From positions 1 to 26,242 of the IMG/VR virus record IMGVR_UViG_3300044580_000530: a DNA stretch of 26,242 nt; one strand, given 5' to 3'. Source of the DNA: a virus (lineage: Duplodnaviria; Caudoviricetes). Below, in pieces: positions 16,792-25,645 of the stretch (the stretch's first letter is position 1; every line of letters starts with the position of its first letter). The notes under the pieces were generated by a model. The model did not search any database, was not told the origin of the DNA, and saw only the letters and a program-made list of their open reading frames with translations. The position numbers and the translations under genes were made by a program.

Positions 16792-17847
16792 ATGGCATTG
16801 ACGGTATACACGAGCAAGGATAACGCGTGGCGGGAGTATGTGAACCCGCTACGGGGCATGACGCTGGAACGGATCGTCCAACTCATCGAGTTGGGCGAGC
16901 GTGGGTCTTTCGCGGATCTCCAGTGGTTCTATCAGGCCATGGAGCGCTCGGACGCGCTGATCGCCACCGTGCTGATGCGCAGACGGGCGGCGCTGCTCGC
17001 CTGCCAATGGGACGTGAAGCCCGAGGAGTCGCCGACCGACACGGTGCTCGCCTGCGAACAGGCGGCCTTCCTGCGCGACCAGTACGACCGCGTGGAGAAC
17101 CTGCGCGAGGCGGTCGCCTTCCTGGCCTCCGCCACCTTCCGGGGCTTCGCGCATGTGGAGAAGCACTACGCCGATGGAAGCAGGGGTGTCGTGCGCCTGG
17201 AGCCGGTGGAACAGTGGTTCTGGTGCCGCGAAGGGATGTTCGGCGAGTGGAGCTACAACCGCGACGCCCGCTCGGGTGTGGATGAGGGTGAGAAGATCGA
17301 GAGGAGCAACTTCGCGATTGTGGAGTCGCCCATCGCCCTCGACCGTATCCTGGCGGTGCAGTACTTCCGTCGCAATCTCGCCCTGCGCGACTGGAGTTCG
17401 TTCCTCGACGTGTACGGCATCCCGTCCATGTTCTTCATCGGGCCGCCCGGCGTGACCGAGGAAAAGGAGAAGCAGTATCTGGCTATCGCGCAGGATCTCG
17501 TCAAGGACGGACGCGGCTACCTGCCCAACGGCACCGACGTGAAGTACGTGAACGGCGGCGGCAGCGGTAAGCCCCCCTTCCGTGACCATCTGGATTACCT
17601 CGACCGGCAGATCACCCTGCTCGGCACCGGCGGGCTTCTCACAATGCTGACCGAGAGCGGCAGCGGCACGCTGGCCGGATCGGCACACCAAGAGGCGTTC
17701 AACCAGGTGGCCAAGGCTGACTCGGTCATGGTTTCCGAGGCCCTGCGGCGCGACTTCGACAAGCCGCTCCTGGCTGCCGCGTTCCCGGGCTGGCCGGTGG
17801 AGGCTGGTTTTGAGTTGAAGATGGAGGAGGGTAGCGGGATAAAATAA
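16792..17847 (+). CDS. Portal protein, Mu gp29/DUF935-like
   Basis: AGGAGG RBS. Motifs MERSD..IATVL..RR.A....W, RGFAHVE, WSSFLDVYGIP, GGLLT..SGT.A...H.E. Located after the terminase. Confidence 0.85.
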   Translation: MALTVYTSKDNAWREYVNPLRGMTLERIVQLIELGERGSFADLQWFYQAMERSDALIATVLMRRRAALLACQWDVKPEESPTDTVLACEQAAFLRDQYDRVENLREAVAFLASATFRGFAHVEKHYADGSRGVVRLEPVEQWFWCREGMFGEWSYNRDARSGVDEGEKIERSNFAIVESPIALDRILAVQYFRRNLALRDWSSFLDVYGIPSMFFIGPPGVTEEKEKQYLAIAQDLVKDGRGYLPNGTDVKYVNGGGSGKPPFRDHLDYLDRQITLLGTGGLLTMLTESGSGTLAGSAHQEAFNQVAKADSVMVSEALRRDFDKPLLAAAFPGWPVEAGFELKMEEGSGIK

Positions 17848-17983
17848 CCTAGGTTGTTGTCTACCGGACACACGGCAACAGTGCCTCGACATGTGGCGTA
17901 TCCGCGTCTGGCACGAAAGCGGCATTACATTGCGCAGTACTTGTGCAAGCCGGTTTATCTGTTTCCTGTGCTTCTAAACAATG

Positions 17984-18850
17984 TTACGGTGTCTTACTGG
18001 CTGCAATTGTGAACAGAGTTTTCTTGGAGATTTTTGCCTCCAATTGCTTAACAATCTCCATATACCCGACTTTTGCGTCAGCCTTCAGATTAAGACATTT
18101 GGCAATCCCGCTTGCATCCGTACTAAGCCGACTCCGCAAATCGAGTCTTTGTAGTTTTCCATCATTTGCGACAAGAGAATAAGCATGAATATGCATCGAG
18201 TCGCCAAGCCTTGCGGGCACAAAGTGCTTGAAATTAAACTCATTTTTCAGATAGTCAAGAAGTACGTCCTGAATCACAAGAACGAGATGTTTATTAATAG
18301 CATCGAAAGTCTCTATCTTGTGATGTAATTGCACGAGAATCGTTTTGGCTGACATCTTCCAGTTCATGCCAAGCGACTTGTCGCTTTTGCCGGCCACACA
18401 CGCGACTTTAACTGAATTCAGAAATTTTTGTCGCTCAGGCCAGACGGTGCCAGTTGTGTCCAGAGTTTGAAGCTCAACACCAACGAAATCCAGAACCTTT
18501 CCAGATCTCACTGATGCAATGAAATAATCAACGCTTCCGCCTGGGATTGAAACCTCCGGAATGACATGGAGTTCATTGCCAGGCTGGTGGTTTGTCAATA
18601 AATGAAGGCAGTCCATAAAAATTTGGCCTCGCTCGATGAGGCGATGTGGACAAATGATAATATGATTATTTTTCTTCCCATAGACAACAGTACATGTACC
18701 AATTGCAACGTCCGGCTCGCTTTTTCTGACCTTGACACACATCTTGTCAAGAAACGGACAGTGTTGAGCCTGAACGATCTTGTTCCAAACTGTTGATTTG
18801 TTGGCAGTGGGCGTCCCAAAGAGTTCAACTATACTACTCATCCGACCCAT
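17984..18850 (-). CDS. NotI-family type II restriction endonuclease
   Basis: Cys4 cluster CPF..C.K..GTC..ICPHR, SVDYF..GVELQT catalytic region, MNW..QLHHK. Low GC, downstream of an MTase. Confidence 0.8.
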   Translation of the reverse strand: MGRMSSIVELFGTPTANKSTVWNKIVQAQHCPFLDKMCVKVRKSEPDVAIGTCTVVYGKKNNHIIICPHRLIERGQIFMDCLHLLTNHQPGNELHVIPEVSIPGGSVDYFIASVRSGKVLDFVGVELQTLDTTGTVWPERQKFLNSVKVACVAGKSDKSLGMNWKMSAKTILVQLHHKIETFDAINKHLVLVIQDVLLDYLKNEFNFKHFVPARLGDSMHIHAYSLVANDGKLQRLDLRSRLSTDASGIAKCLNLKADAKVGYMEIVKQLEAKISKKTLFTIAASKTP

Positions 18851-18854
18851 CCTT

Positions 18855-20165
18855 TCATGATAAGGGTTTCTTACAATGCCGCCCCTTCCAAGAAACTACT
18901 AGCTGTGAGACTTTACGGTTCTCGTACCCGCTTTCTTTTGCCGCAACAATGTCATGACCTACCAATGATTCATCTCTCTTGATTATATCGGCAAACTGGC
19001 ATGGTGCAGGTAACTTGAACAAACTCCGAATGTGTTGTCCAATCGCTCTTGCTAAGAGAGGGGGGACAGCGTTTCCGACCATGCGATTGCCATGCCACTT
19101 GACAGGATGAAAAAAGAACCAGTCAGGAAAACTTTGAATTCGAGCACATTCTCGAGTTGTCAGAACACGATTCTGATAAGGATGCAATGGACGCGGAGCA
19201 GACCATGAACCGCGAGCTTTTGTTGTTCCGGCTCGGATTGTTGTCGAGATGTCTTCCGGGTCAAGCCTTCTAATCCCACATGTCCCGTCCGATTCACCAA
19301 ACCCAAGTTTGGCGAATCGTCTCGCAAGAGACTTGCCGTGTTGGGTGCGCCTCAAATTCGTACATATGTTCTCGTCCCATTCAACAATTGGGCCAAAGTC
19401 GTTTGGATCCTGTTTGCATCTTCGCATAAAACGCTGAAAATCGTTACGCGGTTGTTCCGTATAAATTACTCTATCGCCGCTAATCAACTCCGCAAAACTG
19501 TCAACATCTGGAATATCCGATATTGCATCCCAACTTGAGGGACACCTCTTTGTGAACAACGTAGGCATATCTGTTGGTCTGAAGTGTGTTGCCTCTGGCA
19601 GCGATGGGGAAATCTTAAGTGCTTTTTGAATCCCAAGAATGAAGACGCGTTGGCGCATTTGCGGAACGCCATACTCCCAAGCCCTTAGAGTCTGCGGTCC
19701 GACAAAATCATATTTTTTGCCTAAGAGCTTCAGTGCCGACCCAAGCATAGGTGAATCGCTTGTCTTCAACCCCGGAACGTTCTCCATTAGGAATACCAGT
19801 GGATTGAACTCTGTCACAACACGCGCAAATTCCAGAACCAACTCATTCAACGGGTCATCATTCCGCCTCTTACCAGCCAATGAGAATCCCTGACACGGAG
19901 GACCTCCAACGACCGCAAACACTTGTCCCGTGGAGAAACCAAGGTTTGTGAAAGACTCACGCGTCAGTTTCCGAACATCTCCCAACTTCTCGCCATATAA
20001 TACCTTCGAGTGAGGAAAATTGTATTGCGCATAACGTCCCGCAATTTCTTCAATCTCAACATTTACGGCAACATTGAAACCGGCTTGATCGAACCCCAGA
20101 CTTAACCCACCAACCCCAGAGTAGAGGTCAACCACCATTGGCCTATTTGAATCTACCCGTTCCAT
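18855..20165 (-). CDS. DNA (cytosine-5)-methyltransferase
   Basis: Motif I DLYSGVGG, IV GGPPCQGFS, VI ENV, VIII QMRQRVF, IX RECARIQSFPD, X GNAVPP. Start is uncertain (20165 or 20138). Confidence 0.93.
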   Translation of the reverse strand: MERVDSNRPMVVDLYSGVGGLSLGFDQAGFNVAVNVEIEEIAGRYAQYNFPHSKVLYGEKLGDVRKLTRESFTNLGFSTGQVFAVVGGPPCQGFSLAGKRRNDDPLNELVLEFARVVTEFNPLVFLMENVPGLKTSDSPMLGSALKLLGKKYDFVGPQTLRAWEYGVPQMRQRVFILGIQKALKISPSLPEATHFRPTDMPTLFTKRCPSSWDAISDIPDVDSFAELISGDRVIYTEQPRNDFQRFMRRCKQDPNDFGPIVEWDENICTNLRRTQHGKSLARRFAKLGFGESDGTCGIRRLDPEDISTTIRAGTTKARGSWSAPRPLHPYQNRVLTTRECARIQSFPDWFFFHPVKWHGNRMVGNAVPPLLARAIGQHIRSLFKLPAPCQFADIIKRDESLVGHDIVAAKESGYENRKVSQLVVSWKGRHCKKPLS

Positions 20166-20512
20166 TGTCGTCTTTTGCGTTCCTTTCAAATGACATGATA
20201 CCAGAATGGCGTTTTCTTTTGAAAGCAACAAAACACTTTCAGCAACGGGGGGTGGGGAAGACCTCACCTAATGCCACCCAACTTTTTAGAGATGGGTAAG
20301 GTATCCCCTGTCTCCCGTCTTGGGACGATTATTGACTCTTCCGAAAGTTGATTCAACGCCCTCTGTTGGAGGGTTCGAACGATGGGCGACGGACGCTCCG
20401 GCCTGCGGGTGTCGCGCACGAGCTTTTTTGCGGGCGGTGCCCGCCGCCGGAATACGTCTGAAAAATCAAAGTGCGCATGACCCGCAGGCGCTTCGCTTTT
20501 TGGAGGGGTGGG

Positions 20513-21469
20513 ATGAACAACAATGAATTTGTGTTGGCCGGGGACGGCTGGGTACAGGTGACGCCGTGCGGGGAGTTTCCGCACGCGGGTGCAGGCGTCG
20601 TGCAGGTCATCGACCGCGCGGCGTGCGACAGGATCGCGGCGGATTTCAACGCCCGCAAGTCTGACGCCAATTTCCCCGGCGTTCTGGTCGACTTCGACCA
20701 CTTCTCCCTGGACACGGGCCAATCGAGCGAGGCGGCCGGCTGGATCACCGAACTGGAGTCGCGCAACACGGGGCTGTGGGCGCGCGTGCGTTGGTCGGAT
20801 GCCGGTCTCGCGGCCGTGCAGGGCGGACGCTTCCGCCTGATGAGCCCGGTCTTTCCCCCGCCGTCGGCGTGCGAGGATCTCGGGGGCGGCAAGATCCGTC
20901 CGTGCTCTCTCGTGAGCGTTGCCCTGACGAATGAACCCAACATCAAGGGCGGTCGGCCGCTGGCCAATCGGAAGACGGAGGTCGGAGGACAGAGGACGGA
21001 AGACGGCGGGGATGTTTCCCGCAAAGGCGCGAAGGCGCAAAGTGAAGACCTTGTGAACCGGGGCGGCGGGACGAAGAAATACCGGTGGGTGTTGGGCAAG
21101 CCCCCCAGCGGGGAGCACTGCGACGAGTGCCTGGAGCGTGCGGGACAGGTTAAGACGGCGAAGGAGTGGGCCGCGAAGGGGCCGCCGCCCTGCAACTGTC
21201 ACTGTTCTCTGGAGCCCGTTGACGGGGAGACGAGGAACCGGTGGTCGGACACGGCGCGGGCGGCGAGTCTGGCCGTGCGGAAGGCGAAAGCGGAGGCGAG
21301 GAAACGGAGATCAGAGGACGGAGGCCAGAGGACAGAGGCCGGAAATGAAGATGTTTCACGCGGAGGCGCCCCTCGACAGGCTCGGGGCGGGTCGGAGACG
21401 CAGAGATTGGACGCCGCAAGAGCGGCGGTGATTCGGGAAATGGCGGAGAAACGCTCAACTCTCAAGTGA
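20513..21469 (+). CDS. Mu-like prohead protease (gpI) with a C-terminal Mu gpF-like Cys-rich domain
   Basis: VDFDH, AAGWI, GLWARVRWS..G, FRLMSPVF, VALTNEP. Later YRW..HCDEC..AGQ..PPPCNCHCSLEP. Confidence 0.8.
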   Translation: MNNNEFVLAGDGWVQVTPCGEFPHAGAGVVQVIDRAACDRIAADFNARKSDANFPGVLVDFDHFSLDTGQSSEAAGWITELESRNTGLWARVRWSDAGLAAVQGGRFRLMSPVFPPPSACEDLGGGKIRPCSLVSVALTNEPNIKGGRPLANRKTEVGGQRTEDGGDVSRKGAKAQSEDLVNRGGGTKKYRWVLGKPPSGEHCDECLERAGQVKTAKEWAAKGPPPCNCHCSLEPVDGETRNRWSDTARAASLAVRKAKAEARKRRSEDGGQRTEAGNEDVSRGGAPRQARGGSETQRLDAARAAVIREMAEKRSTLK

Positions 21470-21533
21470 TGGAATGTTGATTTCCGGCGTTAGGTGTAGG
21501 GCGTGTTGAATCACTTTTTCACAGGAGGTCGTT

Positions 21534-22049
21534 ATGGCGGATGAGGCAAAGGGAACTGAGGGTGTCGAAGAGCGCGTGAAGTCGCTTGAGGAAGCGCTGT
21601 CGCTGGAGAAGGCGAAGAACGAGGTGCTGATGGAGCAGGTTCTCAAGGCGGAGAACGGGCTCGCGGAGAAGGATGTCGAGGGCTTCGCGGATGTGATCCC
21701 GAACGAGGACCGCGAGTTCTGGCGCGGGCAGTTTCTCGAGAACCGCGAGAACGCGGCGGCCATTCTGAACCGGATGCGCGGACGCGTGGCGCCTGCCGCG
21801 AAGACCGAGGCCGCGCCGGCCGCGTCGGCCGTGCCGACTGCGGCGGTGGCGCCGGCTACTGTTCTGAAGCCGCTGCACAACCGCGAGGCGGCCCCGCGTC
21901 CGGCCTCAGCGGCGGGCGCGCCTGCGGCTTCTCCGGCTGATAAGGCGGCGAAGATCTGCAACCGGGCGCAGGAGATCGCCCGTTCGCGCGGGTGCTCGTT
22001 CACGGTGGCGTTCCGTTGTGCCGAACAGGAGTTCGGCGCAACGAGTTAG
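21534..22049 (+). CDS. Putative scaffolding protein
   Basis: AGGAGG RBS. Acidic coiled-coil N-terminus, Ala/Pro linker and short helical C-domain, located between protease and capsid genes. Confidence 0.6.
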   Translation: MADEAKGTEGVEERVKSLEEALSLEKAKNEVLMEQVLKAENGLAEKDVEGFADVIPNEDREFWRGQFLENRENAAAILNRMRGRVAPAAKTEAAPAASAVPTAAVAPATVLKPLHNREAAPRPASAAGAPAASPADKAAKICNRAQEIARSRGCSFTVAFRCAEQEFGATS

Positions 22050-22163
22050 GAATTAGGAGTCAGGAATTAAGAGTTTGGAGTCGGGTTCGGCGGGATCACC
22101 GCTGGGGAGAACGCTCAACGCTGAACGTTCAACATTCAACGCTCAAGTGATGGAGGGACAAAG

Positions 22164-22589
22164 ATGAGCCAGAGCGATACGAGAACCGGGGACATCCCGG
22201 TGTTGGCGGGCGAGGATCTGACGGGCAAGAACGGCCGGCTGGTGGTGCTGACGCACGACGGCGGCGTTCCCGAGGTGAAGCTGCCGACGGCGAACGCGGA
22301 CCTCGCGTTCTACCTGCTGGTGGATGACAACGCGGACGCGGAACTTGTGGCCGTGCGCCCGTTTGAGGCGGGCCGCAACGTGCGGGCCGTGCTCAAGGGC
22401 ACGTGCAATCCGGGCGACGTGATCGTGTTGGCCGACACGGGCACGGCGGCGGACAAGGGCAAGGTGCGTGCGCTGCCGGCTGCGGCGGGCACGTACCGCG
22501 GCCTCGGGATCGCGGAGGAGAAGGGCGTCGACGGTCAGCTCGTGCTGTTCCGTCCGGCGATGATCGGCAACGTGACGGTGGCGGGATAA
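22164..22589 (+). CDS. Capsid decoration/cement protein (DUF2190-like)
   Basis: AGEDL.GK..V, Gly-rich beta pattern, GIAEE....GQLV, upstream of the capsid gene. Confidence 0.65.
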   Translation: MSQSDTRTGDIPVLAGEDLTGKNGRLVVLTHDGGVPEVKLPTANADLAFYLLVDDNADAELVAVRPFEAGRNVRAVLKGTCNPGDVIVLADTGTAADKGKVRALPAAAGTYRGLGIAEEKGVDGQLVLFRPAMIGNVTVAG

Positions 22590-22605
22590 CGCCGGGGAGT
22601 AAGAG

Positions 22606-23490
22606 ATGCTGAATCTGAAACAGTCTGATTGCCGGTACGGCGCGGTGGCTTTCGCGGCGGGTGAGGACCTGTCGCTGAAGACCGGGTATCTGGCGAAGTT
22701 GAACGCGGGCGGCGATCTGGTGCTGCCGCAGGGCGCGGGCGAGATCACGCCGTACGTGCTGGTGCAGGGCGCGGACCAGGGTTACCTGTGCGGGGCGGTG
22801 CCGCTCACGAGCGCGGGGAATTGCCGGATCCGGCTGGCGGGGACGTGCGCGGCGGGCGACCTGCTTGTGGCGAAGGGCGACGGCCGAGTGGAAACCAGTA
22901 TGCCCGGCGGCGAGGCGCTGCCGGTGGGCATGGCAGAGGAGAAGGGCGTCGACGGTCAGCATGTGTTGCTGCGGCCTCTCGCCGTGGGCACCAAGGGCGC
23001 TGACGGAGCAGACGGGGCGGACGGTGCGCCGGGTGCGGACGGTGCGCCGGGTGCTGCGGGCGCGGATGCCGGGGTGATTTATATTGCTCAGAGCACCGTC
23101 GCTGGGTGCCCCGCAGACGCGGCTTCCGGCATCGGGAAAGTGATCGTGAAAGAGTCCGGTTTCCTGAACTGGGTCTATAGCGGGCATCCGTGCATGATGC
23201 CGGAGCGTTTGGCACTGGTCCTTGGTGCTGCGGACGGGGTGCTGACGTGCCTTGACCTTGGTTTGTACAGCGGAACCTACCGGCTTTTGCAGGGCGTGAA
23301 CGTCCCCGTTGAGCATATTGCCGGGTCCGTGGTCGTTGGCTGCAAGGTGTACTTGTTTTCGGACGCGTCGCAGGAATGCTTCCTGCAGGTAGCGGCGGAT
23401 GCTTCGGGCACGGTTTATTCTATGCCGTTCTTCGAGTGCGTGGGGGTGCGGGCCGGCATGGCGACGCTCGTGTCGCAGGAAATCGCCTGA
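22606..23490 (+). CDS. Second decoration paralog with collagen-like linker and extra C-terminal domain (head fibre-like)
   Basis: N-terminal domain is paralogous to 22164-22589 (AGEDL; AEEKGVDGQ.VL.RP), followed by GTKGADGADGADGAPGADGAPGAAGAD. Confidence 0.65.
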   Translation: MLNLKQSDCRYGAVAFAAGEDLSLKTGYLAKLNAGGDLVLPQGAGEITPYVLVQGADQGYLCGAVPLTSAGNCRIRLAGTCAAGDLLVAKGDGRVETSMPGGEALPVGMAEEKGVDGQHVLLRPLAVGTKGADGADGADGAPGADGAPGAAGADAGVIYIAQSTVAGCPADAASGIGKVIVKESGFLNWVYSGHPCMMPERLALVLGAADGVLTCLDLGLYSGTYRLLQGVNVPVEHIAGSVVVGCKVYLFSDASQECFLQVAADASGTVYSMPFFECVGVRAGMATLVSQEIA

Positions 23491-23554
23491 CGGGCATAAA
23501 GAGGTTTTCAAGTTCCGCGGGTACGCGGATTGGATGGACAAGGAGATAGACGAT

Positions 23555-24493
23555 ATGAGCCGTTTGAGTGACATCAGTGCAAGCCCTGTCCTGCGCGAGT
23601 TCGCGCAAGGCGCGGCGCAGTCCGCGATCATGCCGGTGGCGGACTTTCTGGCCCCGACCATCGAGGTTCCGACCTCGGTGGGCCGGTACAAGAAGTACAC
23701 CGAGAAGGACCGCTTCCGCATCCCCAATACTCTGCGGAGTATCGGCGGGCGCGCGACGGAGTTGCGCTTCGAGGTGAGTGACGAGACCTACAACTGCGAG
23801 CCCCACGCTCTCGACTATCCGGTCGACAACCTGGAGCGGCTGGAGAGCGAGGATCTCGAGAACGCGCTGCGCGAGGGCGCGGTCGCGGTGGCAGAGGTCG
23901 CCGCGCTGGCCCACGAGAAAAGCGTGATCGACGCGGCCGTGACGGCTGCGGGCGCGGGCACGGGCAAGGTGTGGAACGCCTCGGCCGACCCGGTGGCCGA
24001 CATCGACGCCGCGATCATGGACGTGATCAAGGCCGCCAAGTACGGCAGCCTCATGGGCGTGGGCGTGCTGTTCGGCGCGTCGGCGTGGTGCCTGTTCAAG
24101 AATCAGGACAAGGTGCGCGGCCGGTTCGTCGTGGGCAACGGGCCCAAGGGCGGCAACCTCGCGGTGCCGACCGAGGCCACGGCGGGAAGCCTGTTCGTCG
24201 GTTCCCCCGACGTGCGGACCTCCTACATGGTGTTCGACAACGCCGCACCCGGCATCGCCGAGGATGTGAAGTTCTTGCTCGACTCCACGGTGCTAGTGTT
24301 CGCGCGGCGGCCGAACCCGACGCGGCGCGACCCGAGCTTCATGAAGACGTTCCGTCTCATGGGCAAGTACATGGTGCCGTCGAGCTACATGCGCGACGAC
24401 GGCCGTGTCGAGGTGGCGAAGTTCGACTGGTCCGAGGACGTGCGCGTCACGAACTCGGCTGCGGTGAAGCGTCTCAACGTCAGCGCGACGTAA
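23555..24493 (+). CDS. Major capsid protein
   Basis: AAGGAG RBS, 312 aa. L..FAQG...VADFLAP.IEV....G.YK, W....DP.ADI resemble HK97-fold gpE-type capsids of Mu-like heads. Synteny agrees. Confidence 0.8.
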   Translation: MSRLSDISASPVLREFAQGAAQSAIMPVADFLAPTIEVPTSVGRYKKYTEKDRFRIPNTLRSIGGRATELRFEVSDETYNCEPHALDYPVDNLERLESEDLENALREGAVAVAEVAALAHEKSVIDAAVTAAGAGTGKVWNASADPVADIDAAIMDVIKAAKYGSLMGVGVLFGASAWCLFKNQDKVRGRFVVGNGPKGGNLAVPTEATAGSLFVGSPDVRTSYMVFDNAAPGIAEDVKFLLDSTVLVFARRPNPTRRDPSFMKTFRLMGKYMVPSSYMRDDGRVEVAKFDWSEDVRVTNSAAVKRLNVSAT

Positions 24494-24508
24494 GGGCGGG
24501 GTGCGGAA

Positions 24509-24985
24509 ATGGCCGACTGGGTCGTTTACGATACGGGGGCGGCGGCGGTGACGCTGCCGCCCCCTCTTGCCACGGCGTACGCGGCGTGGCTGACGGCCGA
24601 GGTCCGGGCGCAGCGGCTGGGCCTGATCGTGTCAGGCGTGGTCGCGGACTTCCGCAAGGCGGTGGTAGCCGACGCCGACCCCGTGGGCAAAGAGAACGCG
24701 GACAGCGTCCCCGTGAGCTGTCTGCGGCAGGTCTCGGCGGTCGTGTGGTACACGCTGGCCCTGGAGATGGGCGAGGACGCCACGGTCTACCGGTCCGCGT
24801 GGTTGGACTCGGAGATTTACCTGCGGCGGCTGTATCAGGAGCTGGCGGACGGCGGCGCGGACGGCGCGACGGCCACGCCTCGCTACACGCCCGGTACACT
24901 GCCGTCGTCCGGCGGCAGCTCAGCGGGCGCGCTGCTGCGCGTGCCCGCCTACTCGCCGATCAACTACGCGCCGCCGCCCGGATGA
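24509..24985 (+). CDS. Putative head-completion/connector protein
   Basis: Directly after the capsid gene. Helical pattern VP..L......VWY.L....Y......L. Confidence 0.5.
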   Translation: MADWVVYDTGAAAVTLPPPLATAYAAWLTAEVRAQRLGLIVSGVVADFRKAVVADADPVGKENADSVPVSCLRQVSAVVWYTLALEMGEDATVYRSAWLDSEIYLRRLYQELADGGADGATATPRYTPGTLPSSGGSSAGALLRVPAYSPINYAPPPG

Positions 24986-24993
24986 GGTGTAGC

Positions 24994-25245
24994 ATGAGCG
25001 ACTACGTGACCAAAGACCACTGTGCGGCGCAGAGCGCGGCCGTGCTTGAAAAACTCGAGAGCATCGAGCGGCGGCTGTTCGTCGACAACGGAACGCCGTC
25101 GATCCAGACGCGGCTGGCCCGCCACGAGATGGTGATCCACGCGCTGTTGTGGGTCGTCTCCGTCGCGGCGGGCACGGCCATCGCGGGAATCGTTTCCGCC
25201 GGTTTCATGCTGGCCAAGTTGCTGGCGAAGACGGGCGGCTCGTAA
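24994..25245 (+). CDS. Small coiled-coil plus C-terminal TM protein (holin-like or hypothetical)
   Basis: GAGGT RBS, hydrophobic segment ALLWVVSVAAGTAIAGIVSAGFML. Confidence 0.55.
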   Translation: MSDYVTKDHCAAQSAAVLEKLESIERRLFVDNGTPSIQTRLARHEMVIHALLWVVSVAAGTAIAGIVSAGFMLAKLLAKTGGS

Positions 25246-25261
25246 GGAGAGGGGAAAGACC

Positions 25262-25630
25262 ATGAACATGCTGACAAGCGTGATGATCAAACTGGGGCTG
25301 GCCGTCTTCTCGGCCCTGCCCATCGAGCGCATCGTCGCCATGCTGCTGAACAAGTGGCTGGACAAGATCGACTCGACAAACATGGGCAAGGCGCTGAAGA
25401 CCAGCAACCACCTCAACGAGCTGGTTGCGCTCTTCGCGGACATCCTGGCCGACAAACAGCTCACGGCAAGCGAGGTCTCCGGGGCGCGCGATGCCGTGAT
25501 CCGCTCGCGGGCGCTGCTGCTTGAGCTTTGGGCCAAGGGCGACGCCTCCAAGGCCGTGCAGACCGATTTGAGCAAGGCCAGCGTCGCGACCGCGTACGCC
25601 GAGCCCCTCTTGAACCCGACTCAGAACTAG
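25262..25630 (+). CDS. Hypothetical protein with hydrophobic N-terminus
   Basis: RBS present, phage-like codon usage, co-oriented with neighbours. Confidence 0.65.
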   Translation: MNMLTSVMIKLGLAVFSALPIERIVAMLLNKWLDKIDSTNMGKALKTSNHLNELVALFADILADKQLTASEVSGARDAVIRSRALLLELWAKGDASKAVQTDLSKASVATAYAEPLLNPTQN

Positions 25631-25645
25631 GAAGGAGATACGACC

